Of a stretch of DNA of 64,000 bases, positions 36,536 to 45,365 are shown piece by piece (position 1 is the first letter of the stretch; every line of letters begins with the position of its first letter). Source of the stretch: an uncultured virus (IMG/VR IMGVR_UViG_3300046471_000063). Taxonomy: Duplodnaviria; Heunggongvirae; Uroviricota; Caudoviricetes. The notes beneath the pieces were generated by a model. The model had not been told where the DNA came from, did not search any database, and saw only the letters and a program-made list of their open reading frames with translations. The position numbers and the translations under genes were made by a program. The DNA lies in IMG/VR virus record IMGVR_UViG_3300046471_000063; one strand, 5' to 3'.

Positions 36536-36751
36536 ATGAACACCATCTTTAAGGACCTCGTTGCCCACTTCGGGACGCAAGAGGTCACCGCCGAGAAGCT
36601 GAAGGTCGATCAAAGCACGGTTTCTGGCTGGGTCCGAGGTAAGCACGGTATGTCTCCTGTTATTGCCAAGCGGGCTGAAGATTTGACTGGCGGGGCATTC
36701 AAAAAAGAAGCCCTGTGTCCCGCTTTTCCATGGGCCGAAATGGTGGCCTGA
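36536..36751 (+). CDS. cro: Cro-like repressor
   Basis: Divergent from cI; HTH QEVTAEKLKVDQSTVSGW. Confidence 0.88.
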   Translation: MNTIFKDLVAHFGTQEVTAEKLKVDQSTVSGWVRGKHGMSPVIAKRAEDLTGGAFKKEALCPAFPWAEMVA

Positions 36752-36839
36752 GCCGACATCCGTGTCGTTCTGATCCTTGAGAAACATTTTGCAATGCGTG
36801 GTGGCAGAGCGCCACGCGAGAAACGATGAGGTTTTCGCA

Positions 36840-37271
36840 ATGGAACATTTTGAGAGAACGCTGCACCGGGAAGTGAAGGCTGATGGCGGCACCGCCCTGG
36901 CGAAACGGATGGGCGTGAACGAAACGCGGCTGCTGGACTGCGCTAACCCAAATCGTGAAGCGCACCGCATGAATCTGGAAATGTTCGGCCAGGTTCTTAC
37001 CCACCTTTCGGAAGAGTCGCGCGCGATCGTGCTGGCATCTCTGCTGGACGAGTTCGGCTATTCGCTGGTGAAGCAGGAAGTGGCGGAAGTGAAGGCTCTG
37101 CCGGCGGCGCTGGCTTTCGTGGGAAAGGAATTCGCTGACCTGACGTTGGCTGTCCACAACGCGCTGGAAGACGGCCACGTTACCCAGATTGAGAAGGCAT
37201 CGATCAGCAAAGAGATCGCGCACATCCGGCGCGAGATCGATTCGATTGAGGCATCCGTCAGGGCTGCATAA
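36840..37271 (+). CDS. CII-like regulatory protein
   Basis: Position after cro; LAKRMG, NPNRE, DGHVT..E. Confidence 0.7.
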   Translation: MEHFERTLHREVKADGGTALAKRMGVNETRLLDCANPNREAHRMNLEMFGQVLTHLSEESRAIVLASLLDEFGYSLVKQEVAEVKALPAALAFVGKEFADLTLAVHNALEDGHVTQIEKASISKEIAHIRREIDSIEASVRAA

Positions 37272-37336
37272 ATCGCAGGCAATAAAAAAGCCGGTGGCTA
37301 GACCGGCTTCTTCAACAACACTTGTGAGGTCCGATT

Positions 37337-38074
37337 ATGCACACCACGACCACCCAGAGCAAGAGCCCGCCTGATTCGTCAGTTTTGGCAGGGGTACGCA
37401 ATATGTCGCGTCAGGTTATGTCTTCTCGCGAGATCGCCGACCTGGTCGGTTCTCGGCACGACAGCGTAAAACGAACAATCGAACGTCTTGCCGAGCGTCG
37501 CACCGTGAGTGTTCCACCGTCGGTGGAATACCTCGATGGGTTGGGACGCTCAGCCACTGAGTACCAGATCTGCAAGCGCGACAGCTTCGTGATCGTTGCT
37601 CAGCTTTCCCCCGAGTTTACCGCCGCGCTTGTTGACCGGTGGGCTGAACTCGAATCGCAGAACATGCCATCGCTTCCAGACTTTTCGAATCCTGCAGCCG
37701 CCGCGCGGGCGTGGGCGGAGCAATTCGAACTCCAGCAAGCGGCAGCGCAAGAGTTGCGCATTGCGGCTCCAAAGGTGGCGTTCGTTGATCAGTACGTCGA
37801 GGCAGCTGGATCAATGAGCTTCCGCCAGGTCGCGAAGCTGTTGAACGCCAAAGAGCGCCAGTTCCGCCAGATGCTGCTGGACAAGGGCGTTATGTACTAC
37901 CTCGGTGGCGTCCTTACCCCATGCAGCCAGCACCAGGCCGCGAAACGTTTCGAACTCAAAACCGGCACCAGTGAAACCAACGGACACGCATTCGCTCAAG
38001 CGCGGTTTACCGCCAAAGGCGTGCAGTGGATCGCAAGTGTTTGGGCCGCGTATCAGCTGGAGCAACGTAATTGA
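37337..38074 (+). CDS. Rha-like N-terminus + KilA-C/ANT antirepressor
   Basis: MSSREIADL..RH, APKVAFVD, FTAKG; start uncertain (37337 or 37403). Confidence 0.85.
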   Translation: MHTTTTQSKSPPDSSVLAGVRNMSRQVMSSREIADLVGSRHDSVKRTIERLAERRTVSVPPSVEYLDGLGRSATEYQICKRDSFVIVAQLSPEFTAALVDRWAELESQNMPSLPDFSNPAAAARAWAEQFELQQAAAQELRIAAPKVAFVDQYVEAAGSMSFRQVAKLLNAKERQFRQMLLDKGVMYYLGGVLTPCSQHQAAKRFELKTGTSETNGHAFAQARFTAKGVQWIASVWAAYQLEQRN

Positions 38075-38775
38075 GCACTATCATCATGAGCGCCTGCTGG
38101 CCGTTGCAGGGCATGAGCGGGCCGCAAAAGGCTGTCCTTATCTCGCTGGCGGACAATGCCAACGATGAGGGCGTGTGCTGGCCGTCAGTGGCTCGTATTG
38201 CTCAACGCACATGCCTTGGCGAGCGCACCGTTCAGACCGCGATCAAATGGCTTACGCAGGTTGGGCTGCTGGAAATCCGTGAGCGCATGGGCCGTTCGAC
38301 GGTATACACGTTGACCCCTGCATCTTATGCACCCCCGCAGGAGATGCACCCCGCACCAGATGCACCACCACCCCCGCAGCTCACGACAGAAACCCCCGCA
38401 GCAGCCGCACCCAGAACCGTAATAGAACCATCAAGTGAACCATCACCTCTTGGCGAAGGCTCGAAATTGGAAGCTCAGGCAAAACCGAAATGCTCGCCTC
38501 AAGCGATCGTCGACTTGTTCAACGAGAAGCTTCCTGAGTTCCCTCGTGTCGTGATGCTCACTCCAGACCGCATTGCCAAGATCACTGCTCGCTGGAACCA
38601 GAGCCCTGTTCACCAGGACATGGGCTTCTGGTCGGATTTCTTCGATCTGGTCCGGGCAAGTCCGTTCTTGATGGGCGCCGTCACTGGCAAGGACAAACCG
38701 TTTCGCTGCAACTTCGATTGGCTGGTACTGCCATCCAACTTCGTGAAAGTCGTCGAGGGCAACTACCGTGCGTGA
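38071..38775 (+). CDS. Replication initiator (HTH)
   Basis: LADNANDEGVCWPS; C-terminal FDWL...KVVEGNY. Confidence 0.85.
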   Translation: MSTIIMSACWPLQGMSGPQKAVLISLADNANDEGVCWPSVARIAQRTCLGERTVQTAIKWLTQVGLLEIRERMGRSTVYTLTPASYAPPQEMHPAPDAPPPPQLTTETPAAAAPRTVIEPSSEPSPLGEGSKLEAQAKPKCSPQAIVDLFNEKLPEFPRVVMLTPDRIAKITARWNQSPVHQDMGFWSDFFDLVRASPFLMGAVTGKDKPFRCNFDWLVLPSNFVKVVEGNYRA

Positions 38776-40138
38776 TCCCTACAGCATCGAATCCGAGCAA
38801 AGCGTACTGGGCGCGATGATGCTCCGGCCTGAACTCATCGACGTGCTATCCGCCGATCTTTCAGCCGAAGATTTCTACCTTGCGGACCACTCTGAGATAT
38901 TCCGAGCCATCATGGCGCTGCACTCGGACAGCAGGCCTGTTGATGCGATCACTGTAGGCGCCCGGGTAGGCGACTTCAGCGAAGGCGGAAGCGCGTTGGC
39001 CTACGCCGCGGAGATCGTTCGGAACACGCCCAGCGTGGCGAATGCCCGGGCTTATGCTGAGACGGTCCGTGAGCGGAGCCTCGACCGCGCACTGATCAGC
39101 CTGGGCGCACGAATCAACGATATTGCATTCGGCGATCAGCCAACTGCGGACAAGGTCGCGTATGCACAGTCCGAAGCGCTGGCGCTCGAGGGCGAATCGG
39201 CGACCGCTGAGGTGATCAAGGCCGAGGACATCCTCGACGACTACATCGAAGTGCTTCAGGCCCGTGCGGATCGTGGCGAAGGCATTGATGGGCTGTCGAC
39301 CGGCATTGACGATCTGGACGCAAAGCTGCAGGGGCTCAAGCCTGAGCAGCTCCTGATCATTGCGGGGCGTCCGGCCATGGGTAAAACCACGCTGGCCATG
39401 AACATCGTTTCAGATGCTGCCATCCGGCAAAACAAAAGCGTGATGGTGTTCAGCCTGGAGATGAGCAAAACCCAGCTGATGGACCGATTCATGGCGTCCG
39501 AAGGCCGCATCCCGTTACAGATGATCAAGAACGGCACGGCGCCGCATGACTACGGCGCAAACCTGATGTCTGCCGCCGGCAAGCTCAAGAGCGCGAACCT
39601 GTTTATCTCCGACCGATCTGGCATGACGATCAATCGCATCCGCTCAGCGGCCCGCCGGCACAAGCGCCGTTATGGTCTCGACCTGATCGCCGTCGACTAC
39701 CTGCAACTTTTGGATTCTGACCTGACCAGCGCGATACGGGAGCAGGAAATCAGCTACATGACCCGCAGCGCGAAGAATATGGCGCGCGAGCTTCAGGTGC
39801 CGGTTGTTCTGCTAAGCCAGCTCTCCCGTAAATGCGAAGAGCGCCCGAATAAGCGTCCGATCAACTCGGACCTGCGCGAATCAGGGGCTATCGAGCAAGA
39901 CGCAGACATCATCCTCTTCGTGTACCGGGATGAGGTTTACAACGAAGACACGGAAGCCAAGGGCATTGCGGAAATCATCATCGGCAAGGGCCGGGATATT
40001 GAAACCGGCACAGTCCGCACCGCTTTCCTCGGGCAGTACAGCCGTTTTGAACAGCTGGCTGGTGGCTGGGTTGAGCAACCGAAAGCGGAGAAGGTGACCA
40101 GCCTTGCTGACCGCTACGCCAGAAAGGGCCAGTTCTGA
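38768..40138 (+). CDS. dnaB: DnaB-like replicative helicase
   Basis: GRPAMGKT, VDYLQL, SQLSR, DLRESGAIEQDAD. Confidence 0.95.
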   Translation: MRDPYSIESEQSVLGAMMLRPELIDVLSADLSAEDFYLADHSEIFRAIMALHSDSRPVDAITVGARVGDFSEGGSALAYAAEIVRNTPSVANARAYAETVRERSLDRALISLGARINDIAFGDQPTADKVAYAQSEALALEGESATAEVIKAEDILDDYIEVLQARADRGEGIDGLSTGIDDLDAKLQGLKPEQLLIIAGRPAMGKTTLAMNIVSDAAIRQNKSVMVFSLEMSKTQLMDRFMASEGRIPLQMIKNGTAPHDYGANLMSAAGKLKSANLFISDRSGMTINRIRSAARRHKRRYGLDLIAVDYLQLLDSDLTSAIREQEISYMTRSAKNMARELQVPVVLLSQLSRKCEERPNKRPINSDLRESGAIEQDADIILFVYRDEVYNEDTEAKGIAEIIIGKGRDIETGTVRTAFLGQYSRFEQLAGGWVEQPKAEKVTSLADRYARKGQF

Positions 40139-40344
40139 TGAGCACTCAAAACCCAATGCTGGCGATGCCCACCAGCTGCGCTTATCGGTTCGCCGTGTAC
40201 AGCGGCTCCTACAAGCTCGACCTGACCAGCCATCCGGAAGAGCCTCAGGCCCTGTTCGCCGATCAAGAAATTGCAAAGGCCTACGCCTCTGGCAAGTGGC
40301 CGACCACCTACGAAGTGATTGACCTCTGGGAGCCCTACCCATGA
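40138..40344 (+). CDS. Hypothetical protein
   Basis: Translationally coupled to helicase. Confidence 0.6.
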   Translation: MSTQNPMLAMPTSCAYRFAVYSGSYKLDLTSHPEEPQALFADQEIAKAYASGKWPTTYEVIDLWEPYP

Positions 40345-40450
40345 AGACCCTGTTCGCGCTGATCAGAGTGGCTCGCTGCGCCTGCTCGTTAATGGAGTGC
40401 GCGTACTCGCACCAGGTGCCGCCGGCGGATTTCCAGTTCGGGGGCGGCCT

Positions 40451-40879
40451 GTGATTGCTGCGCAACCCAAAATATTCAAGAAGCGCACCCGGGCGAAGCC
40501 AGTCGACCGCGAGGGCATGGAGCAGGCCGCGCTGATGAAGGAACTGACGCTGCGCCTGCCGAAGGTTGCTGCGCTGATCTATCACGTTCCCAACGGTGGC
40601 CAGCGGCACAAGCTGGTGGCCATCAAGCTGAAACAGCAGGGCGTGAAAGCCGGTGTTCCCGATCTGGTGCTACCAATGGCCCGCGGCGGGTACTTCGGCC
40701 TGTACCTGGAATTCAAGGCCACGGCACCGAATGACGCTGCCGTATCGGCCAGCCAGCACGCATGGATTCATCAGCTCAACGAGCAAGGCTATCTCGCGAT
40801 CGTATGCCGTGGGCACTTCGACGCGATGGAACAGATCCGTGCCTACCTCACACTCCCTCAGACCGTGGCGGCAGCATGA
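40451..40879 (+). CDS. VRR-NUC nuclease
   Basis: HVPNGG, GVKAGVPDL, LEFK, SASQ..W. Confidence 0.88.
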   Translation: MIAAQPKIFKKRTRAKPVDREGMEQAALMKELTLRLPKVAALIYHVPNGGQRHKLVAIKLKQQGVKAGVPDLVLPMARGGYFGLYLEFKATAPNDAAVSASQHAWIHQLNEQGYLAIVCRGHFDAMEQIRAYLTLPQTVAAA

Positions 40880-42165
40880 CCAGCACAGCAGCGGTAAAAA
40901 TCACAGATCCCGAGATCAAACGGCAGGCAGCGGGAACCGTCCGAGATCTGCGCGACGTTGAGAACAAAGGCCTGTACCTGCGCTTCGGCCAGGACAGGTC
41001 GCGGCCTGTCTGGTATCTGGTCCGCAAGCGCCGGTGGAGCCGGATCGGCGCGTTTCCCGACCTGACCACCAAGCAGGTTGTCGCGGCGTTGCCCGGCATC
41101 AGGCTGCGAGTGGAAGAGGGTGCCCGCACGGCGCTGTCGAAGTGGGAAACCACCGGCGAGCTGCTGGATTGGTACGCGGAACGAATGTCGAAGGATCGCA
41201 ACCTGTCCGCCAAGCGCAAGAAAACAGGTGCCTCGGCGATCAAGTGCCACTTGCGTCCGCGCCTTGCTGACACCCGCCTGATCGACATCACCAAGGCCAC
41301 CCTGGACACAGAACTGATGTGGCCGCTGCAGGAGACGCTTTCAATCGACTATGTGCGGCTGGTCTTCCAGTTGCTGGCGCTGGCGTTCCGGCAGGCTTAT
41401 CGGTTGGGCCTGATCACAGCCAACCCGATGAAAGACATAAAGTTCAGCGACTTCTCAAAGGCCCGGGTCGGCATCAAGCCGTCGAGGCTGCGCGGCGTCC
41501 AACTCTCTGACCTTCTCGCTCAGCTGGCGGATGTGTTCGACAGCAACCCCAAGGACGCCATGCTGGCTCTGCTGATGCTTTGCCACGGCACGCGCATCGG
41601 TGAAAGCCGGTTGGCGCAGTGGCCACACATGACGTTGGGCGAGCGCGAGTGGTTCATTCCCGGCGAGCACACGAAGACCGGCGTCGAGCATCACCTGCCA
41701 CTGACTGAGCAGGTCTGCGCCATCCTGATCCGTTACCGCGAATGGCAACACGCCAACGGCTATGACGGGCAGTACCTGTTCCCGTCCCGCAACGGCAAGC
41801 CACTGAGCGAAGGCCAGGCCAGCGCCGTGTTCGCCCGGCTGGGCGGTGGTGAGTGGACAAGCCACGACCTGCGCAAGGTGGCGCGAACCGGCTGGGCAGA
41901 CATCGGCATTGACCATCTGATCGGTGAACTGCTGATCAACCACGCCATGGGCCACAACGTGAAGGTGTACATCCAGTCGGACGTGATGAGCCGCAAGCGC
42001 GATGCCTTGGAACGCTGGCACGCACTGTTAGATAGCAAGGGGCTGACCCTCATCCATAAGTTGACAGAGGATAGATTCGGAGATTCTGGTAATTCTCTGG
42101 AAGCCACGGCGGATAAGGGCTGCGAGCCTTCCCGCGAATCAACCATAGGCGAGGTTTCAAAATGA
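40876..42165 (+). CDS. Second tyrosine recombinase (integrase family)
   Basis: GTRIGE, HTKT, HDLRK, INH, VY catalytic residues; arm-binding-like N-terminus. Confidence 0.88.
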   Translation: MTSTAAVKITDPEIKRQAAGTVRDLRDVENKGLYLRFGQDRSRPVWYLVRKRRWSRIGAFPDLTTKQVVAALPGIRLRVEEGARTALSKWETTGELLDWYAERMSKDRNLSAKRKKTGASAIKCHLRPRLADTRLIDITKATLDTELMWPLQETLSIDYVRLVFQLLALAFRQAYRLGLITANPMKDIKFSDFSKARVGIKPSRLRGVQLSDLLAQLADVFDSNPKDAMLALLMLCHGTRIGESRLAQWPHMTLGEREWFIPGEHTKTGVEHHLPLTEQVCAILIRYREWQHANGYDGQYLFPSRNGKPLSEGQASAVFARLGGGEWTSHDLRKVARTGWADIGIDHLIGELLINHAMGHNVKVYIQSDVMSRKRDALERWHALLDSKGLTLIHKLTEDRFGDSGNSLEATADKGCEPSRESTIGEVSK

Positions 42166-42350
42166 GCGAAATCACCATCGGCTACTACCTCGACAACCGC
42201 CTGATCGCAACTCGGTATCGCGGGCCGGTGCCGCGCCTCGGTGATGAAGTGCGTGTGAATGGGGTCTGCTACCCAGTCATCCTGGTGGTCTGGATTGAAG
42301 ATGAAGGCCCTCACCCCAGAGTAAATATCGGCCTTGCGAGGAATGGCTGA
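42162..42350 (+). CDS. Hypothetical protein
   Basis: Coupled at both ends. Confidence 0.6.
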   Translation: MSEITIGYYLDNRLIATRYRGPVPRLGDEVRVNGVCYPVILVVWIEDEGPHPRVNIGLARNG

Positions 42351-42664
42351 TGAAGAAGAGCCACGGCCCCGACTTTCGCCGCCAGATGAAGCCGTTGATG
42401 GAGTGCGCGCTTTGCAGAGGCGCTGGCAGCACCAAGGGGATCTTCCACCAGATCGACTGCACGGCCTGCAACGCGTCGGGCTGGATCTGCCAGGCGACGG
42501 GCGAACCGCTGCCGCTGGAAGAGCTGGTCCCGCAGCTGAGCATGCGGCTTCGCAATGTCACTGCCCAGTTGTCCAGGGCAAGGCAGGCACAGGGTGGTGC
42601 CCACGAACAATACGAACAGAACAACCAGCGCGGCGCCGGCTGCACGAATTTCACAGGGGACTGA
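42350..42664 (+). CDS. Zinc-finger protein (CxxCxGxG repeats)
   Basis: CALCRGAG, CTACNASG. Confidence 0.75.
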   Translation: MKKSHGPDFRRQMKPLMECALCRGAGSTKGIFHQIDCTACNASGWICQATGEPLPLEELVPQLSMRLRNVTAQLSRARQAQGGAHEQYEQNNQRGAGCTNFTGD

Positions 42665-42666
42665 GC

Positions 42667-43050
42667 ATGAATACTCGCAAACCGCTTCACCGCCCGTTGG
42701 GTGACACCGAACACATGCTCGAGCAGTGGGGCTTCTGGCGCATGAATGGGATGGGGGTTCCCAGCTATGCCTCGCCGATGTGGGCAATCATGCGCGACGT
42801 GATGCCATCAGAATCGAAGGGATTCACCATCACTGATGATCTTGCCTGCGCTGTGGATGCCGCTTTGGCGCGTCTTTGCAAGCGTGAGCAGCAGATGGGC
42901 GACATGATCTGGCTCTACTACGGCGCGAAGTGGCCAGCCGTTCGAGTCGGCCGCCACTACCAGGTAAGCGAGATGAAGGCGCGCGAACTGATCAAGGCTG
43001 GTGTGGCCTGGATTGACTGCGTGCTTGAGACTGTCCGGGAAGCCGCATAA
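42667..43050 (+). CDS. Late antiterminator Q-like protein
   Basis: MLEQWGFW, ITDD...VD, AWID; precedes terminator and holin. Confidence 0.8.
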   Translation: MNTRKPLHRPLGDTEHMLEQWGFWRMNGMGVPSYASPMWAIMRDVMPSESKGFTITDDLACAVDAALARLCKREQQMGDMIWLYYGAKWPAVRVGRHYQVSEMKARELIKAGVAWIDCVLETVREAA

Positions 43051-43126
43051 AACAGTTGTCCATATGGAATAACCCTGTTTTCATGGCACCGTGTTCAGCT
43101 GTTTCAGCGCCGACACACCCAAACTC

Positions 43127-43160
43127 AAAGCCCCGCCATCGTGCGGGGCTTTTTCGTTTT
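43127..43160 (+). terminator. tR'-like terminator of late leader
   Basis: AAAGCCCCGC-catcgt-GCGGGGCTTTTT. Confidence 0.85.
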
Positions 43161-43250
43161 CAGCCCCGCCACACCCATCGCCCCGAGCTGGGAGTGCTGC
43201 GGGGCTGATCCATTCCCGCTCCCTGAAAGGGAGGTCAGTCGGACGTCGTC

Positions 43251-43580
43251 ATGCTAGATAAAGATCCCGGCGTTTTGATGCAGGCTTGGGACTGGCTGAT
43301 CCTGAAACTCAGTGACCCGCTGTGGCAAGGAGCGGTTATGGCCGCAACCATTTCACTATTGCGCGTGCTTTACGAAGGCAAAGAGGCCAACAAACGGCGC
43401 GTGATACTGGAGGCTTTGATCTGCGGTGCGCTAAGCATGTCTGCCAGCAGTGTCATTGAATGGATGGCATGGCCGTCAAGCTTGTCCGTAGCCGCCGGCG
43501 GCGCCATCGGCTTCATCGGGGTGACCGCAATCCGCGAGCTGATCATCAGGTTCCTCGGACGCAAGGCGGATTCAATATGA
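43251..43580 (+). CDS. Holin, lambda S family
   Basis: Three hydrophobic segments, GGAIGFIG, basic C-terminus. Confidence 0.88.
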   Translation: MLDKDPGVLMQAWDWLILKLSDPLWQGAVMAATISLLRVLYEGKEANKRRVILEALICGALSMSASSVIEWMAWPSSLSVAAGGAIGFIGVTAIRELIIRFLGRKADSI

Positions 43581-43963
43581 AAGCGATTGCCACCGCACTG
43601 ATCATTGCTCTGGTAGCCACGCTGCTTGCTGGCATTCAACAGTACCGCGTCATCGCGCTGCGCGGTGAGGTTGCCATCGAGACCAAGGCGAAGGTCGACG
43701 CGATCGCAGCCAATGCGGAAAGCCAAGCGACTATCACCACGCTGCGCGCCGAGGCCGCACGCAATGCTGCCTACCAGGCAGACCTGAGTAACCGGCTCAA
43801 GGCCAGTGAGCAGAAAGCCCTGAAGGCGAGGAAAGACTTTGAAAAGCTCAAGCGTGATAGCCCGGCTGTTCGTAAGTGGGCTGATCAGCCTTTGCCTGAC
43901 GGCCTGCGCGGCAAGCCAGCCAGCCCCGGTAAAGACAACAACGGTAAGGCTCGAACCCCCTGA
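43577..43963 (+). CDS. i-spanin (LysB/Rz-like)
   Basis: N-terminal TM, coiled coil, WADQPLP. Confidence 0.82.
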   Translation: MKAIATALIIALVATLLAGIQQYRVIALRGEVAIETKAKVDAIAANAESQATITTLRAEAARNAAYQADLSNRLKASEQKALKARKDFEKLKRDSPAVRKWADQPLPDGLRGKPASPGKDNNGKARTP

Positions 43964-44111
43964 GCTGGTCCCGTGCGAGCGCATCAGCGAAAGCGATGAT
44001 GACCTTGCCTTAAACGGTGACCTTTGGGCGTTGAAGGATCGGGCAGTAAATCTGCTCGATACCTGCGCTGATCAGGTCGACGCTCAAATCCTTCGCAGCA
44101 AGAGCAAATAG
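43839..44111 (+). CDS. o-spanin lipoprotein (LysC/Rz1-like)
   Basis: Lipobox LTAC; overlaps Rz 3' end; start uncertain. Confidence 0.8.
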   Translation: MKSSSVIARLFVSGLISLCLTACAASQPAPVKTTTVRLEPPELVPCERISESDDDLALNGDLWALKDRAVNLLDTCADQVDAQILRSKSK

Positions 44112-44165
44112 CCGTGGCCTGTAGCGGATGCGCCGCGCGGCGCGAACGAATGAAGAGGTGGATGA

Positions 44166-44354
44166 ATGTTAGTTACGAACGAGCACGCGACCTCCTTGTT
44201 GGAAAGGGTAGTGGCAGCACAGGAAGCGCAGGCCAAGGCGATGCAGGTGATAGCCGAGCGCCTCGATCTTCTGATTCAGGCGATGGCAGAGGGTGAGCCT
44301 GAAGATCCTGACGCGCAGCCCCTCAGATACATGGACGGGTCGCCGTGCCGCTAA
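44166..44354 (+). CDS. Hypothetical protein
   Basis: Small ORF ending YMDGSPC before HNH gene. Confidence 0.6.
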   Translation: MLVTNEHATSLLERVVAAQEAQAKAMQVIAERLDLLIQAMAEGEPEDPDAQPLRYMDGSPCR

Positions 44355-44719
44355 GACCACAGAAGCCGTGCAATGCCCAGGGCTGCAACGTTCTCACCCG
44401 CAACCCTCGGTACTGCGATGCTCACGTCCACCTGTTGAAGAGCGCTGTGCGTGCCAAGCCTCGCGAGAGCAGCACCAAACGTCACTACAACTACAAGTGG
44501 CAGCAGGCCCGGGCAGGCTGGCTGGTCAAGCATCCGCTGTGTGTTCACTGCGAGCAGCGCGGTCGAGTCACCGAGGCGAGTGATGTTGACCACATCATTC
44601 CTCACAAAGGTGACATGAGCCTGTTCTGGGACCGCACCAATTGGCAAAGCCTGTGCGGCCCGTGCCACTCGGCCAAGACAGCCGCCGAAGATGGTGGATT
44701 CGGCAACGCGCGGCGCTGA
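44345..44719 (+). CDS. HNH endonuclease (terminase-associated, HK97 gp74-like)
   Basis: CxxC, VDHIIPHKG, NWQSLCGPCH. Confidence 0.92.
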   Translation: MPLRPQKPCNAQGCNVLTRNPRYCDAHVHLLKSAVRAKPRESSTKRHYNYKWQQARAGWLVKHPLCVHCEQRGRVTEASDVDHIIPHKGDMSLFWDRTNWQSLCGPCHSAKTAAEDGGFGNARR

Positions 44720-44755
44720 AATGCAAAAAAACCTCGGAAAAACAGAAAAAATGCT

Positions 44756-44860
44756 TGAAATGAGACGAATTCTCGTTTCAGGGGTGGGGGAGGGTCAAAA
44801 GTCCATGGCCTTCGGCTTCTAGACCGCGCCCTCAGCCTTTCTTACACACCCGCGAAATTA
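44756..44860. other. Putative cos packaging region
   Basis: Between HNH and terS; inverted repeat 44756-44780, G run, GCGCCCTCA at 44826-44834. Confidence 0.6.
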
Positions 44861-44879
44861 AAAATCCAGGAGTTGCGCG

Positions 44880-45365
44880 ATGGGAGGCACCGCCACGGTC
44901 GCCGGCCGTGGTCGCAAACCCAAGCCAACGGCCAAGAAACAGCTGGCCGGTAACCCTGGCAAGCGGGCGCTGAACACCGCTGAGCCCCAGTTTTCGAAGA
45001 TCACACAGATCGACCCGCCCGAGTGGTTCAGCGACCGGGCGGCCACGATGTGGAACATGATTGTTCCCGAGCTGCTGCGCGAGAACGTCGTCGCTATCAC
45101 CGACCTGCATAACGTCGAAGCCTTCTGCAGCGCCTATGACAACTGGCGCATGGCGCAGGAATCAATACGCGAGCACGGCATTATCGTGACGGGCGCAACC
45201 GGTGGCCCGATGAAGAACCCCGCGCTAACAGCGGCGAATGAAACGATGCGGCAGATGGTTACTTTCGGCTCGATGCTCGGCCTTGACCCTGCGAGTCGCA
45301 CGCGCCTGATCGGTGGCAACAAGGAGAAAGAAACCAACGAATTCGCCAAGCTACTGAGCTCATAA
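44880..45365 (+). CDS. terS: Terminase small subunit (P27 family)
   Basis: GRKPKPT...GNPGKR, KNPA, LGLDPASR. Confidence 0.92.
   Translation: MGGTATVAGRGRKPKPTAKKQLAGNPGKRALNTAEPQFSKITQIDPPEWFSDRAATMWNMIVPELLRENVVAITDLHNVEAFCSAYDNWRMAQESIREHGIIVTGATGGPMKNPALTAANETMRQMVTFGSMLGLDPASRTRLIGGNKEKETNEFAKLLSS

Noticed and set aside
36449..36970. N-terminal extension of cI in the ORF track
   Set aside because: Overlaps OR, cro and cII; the HTH begins at ATG 36448
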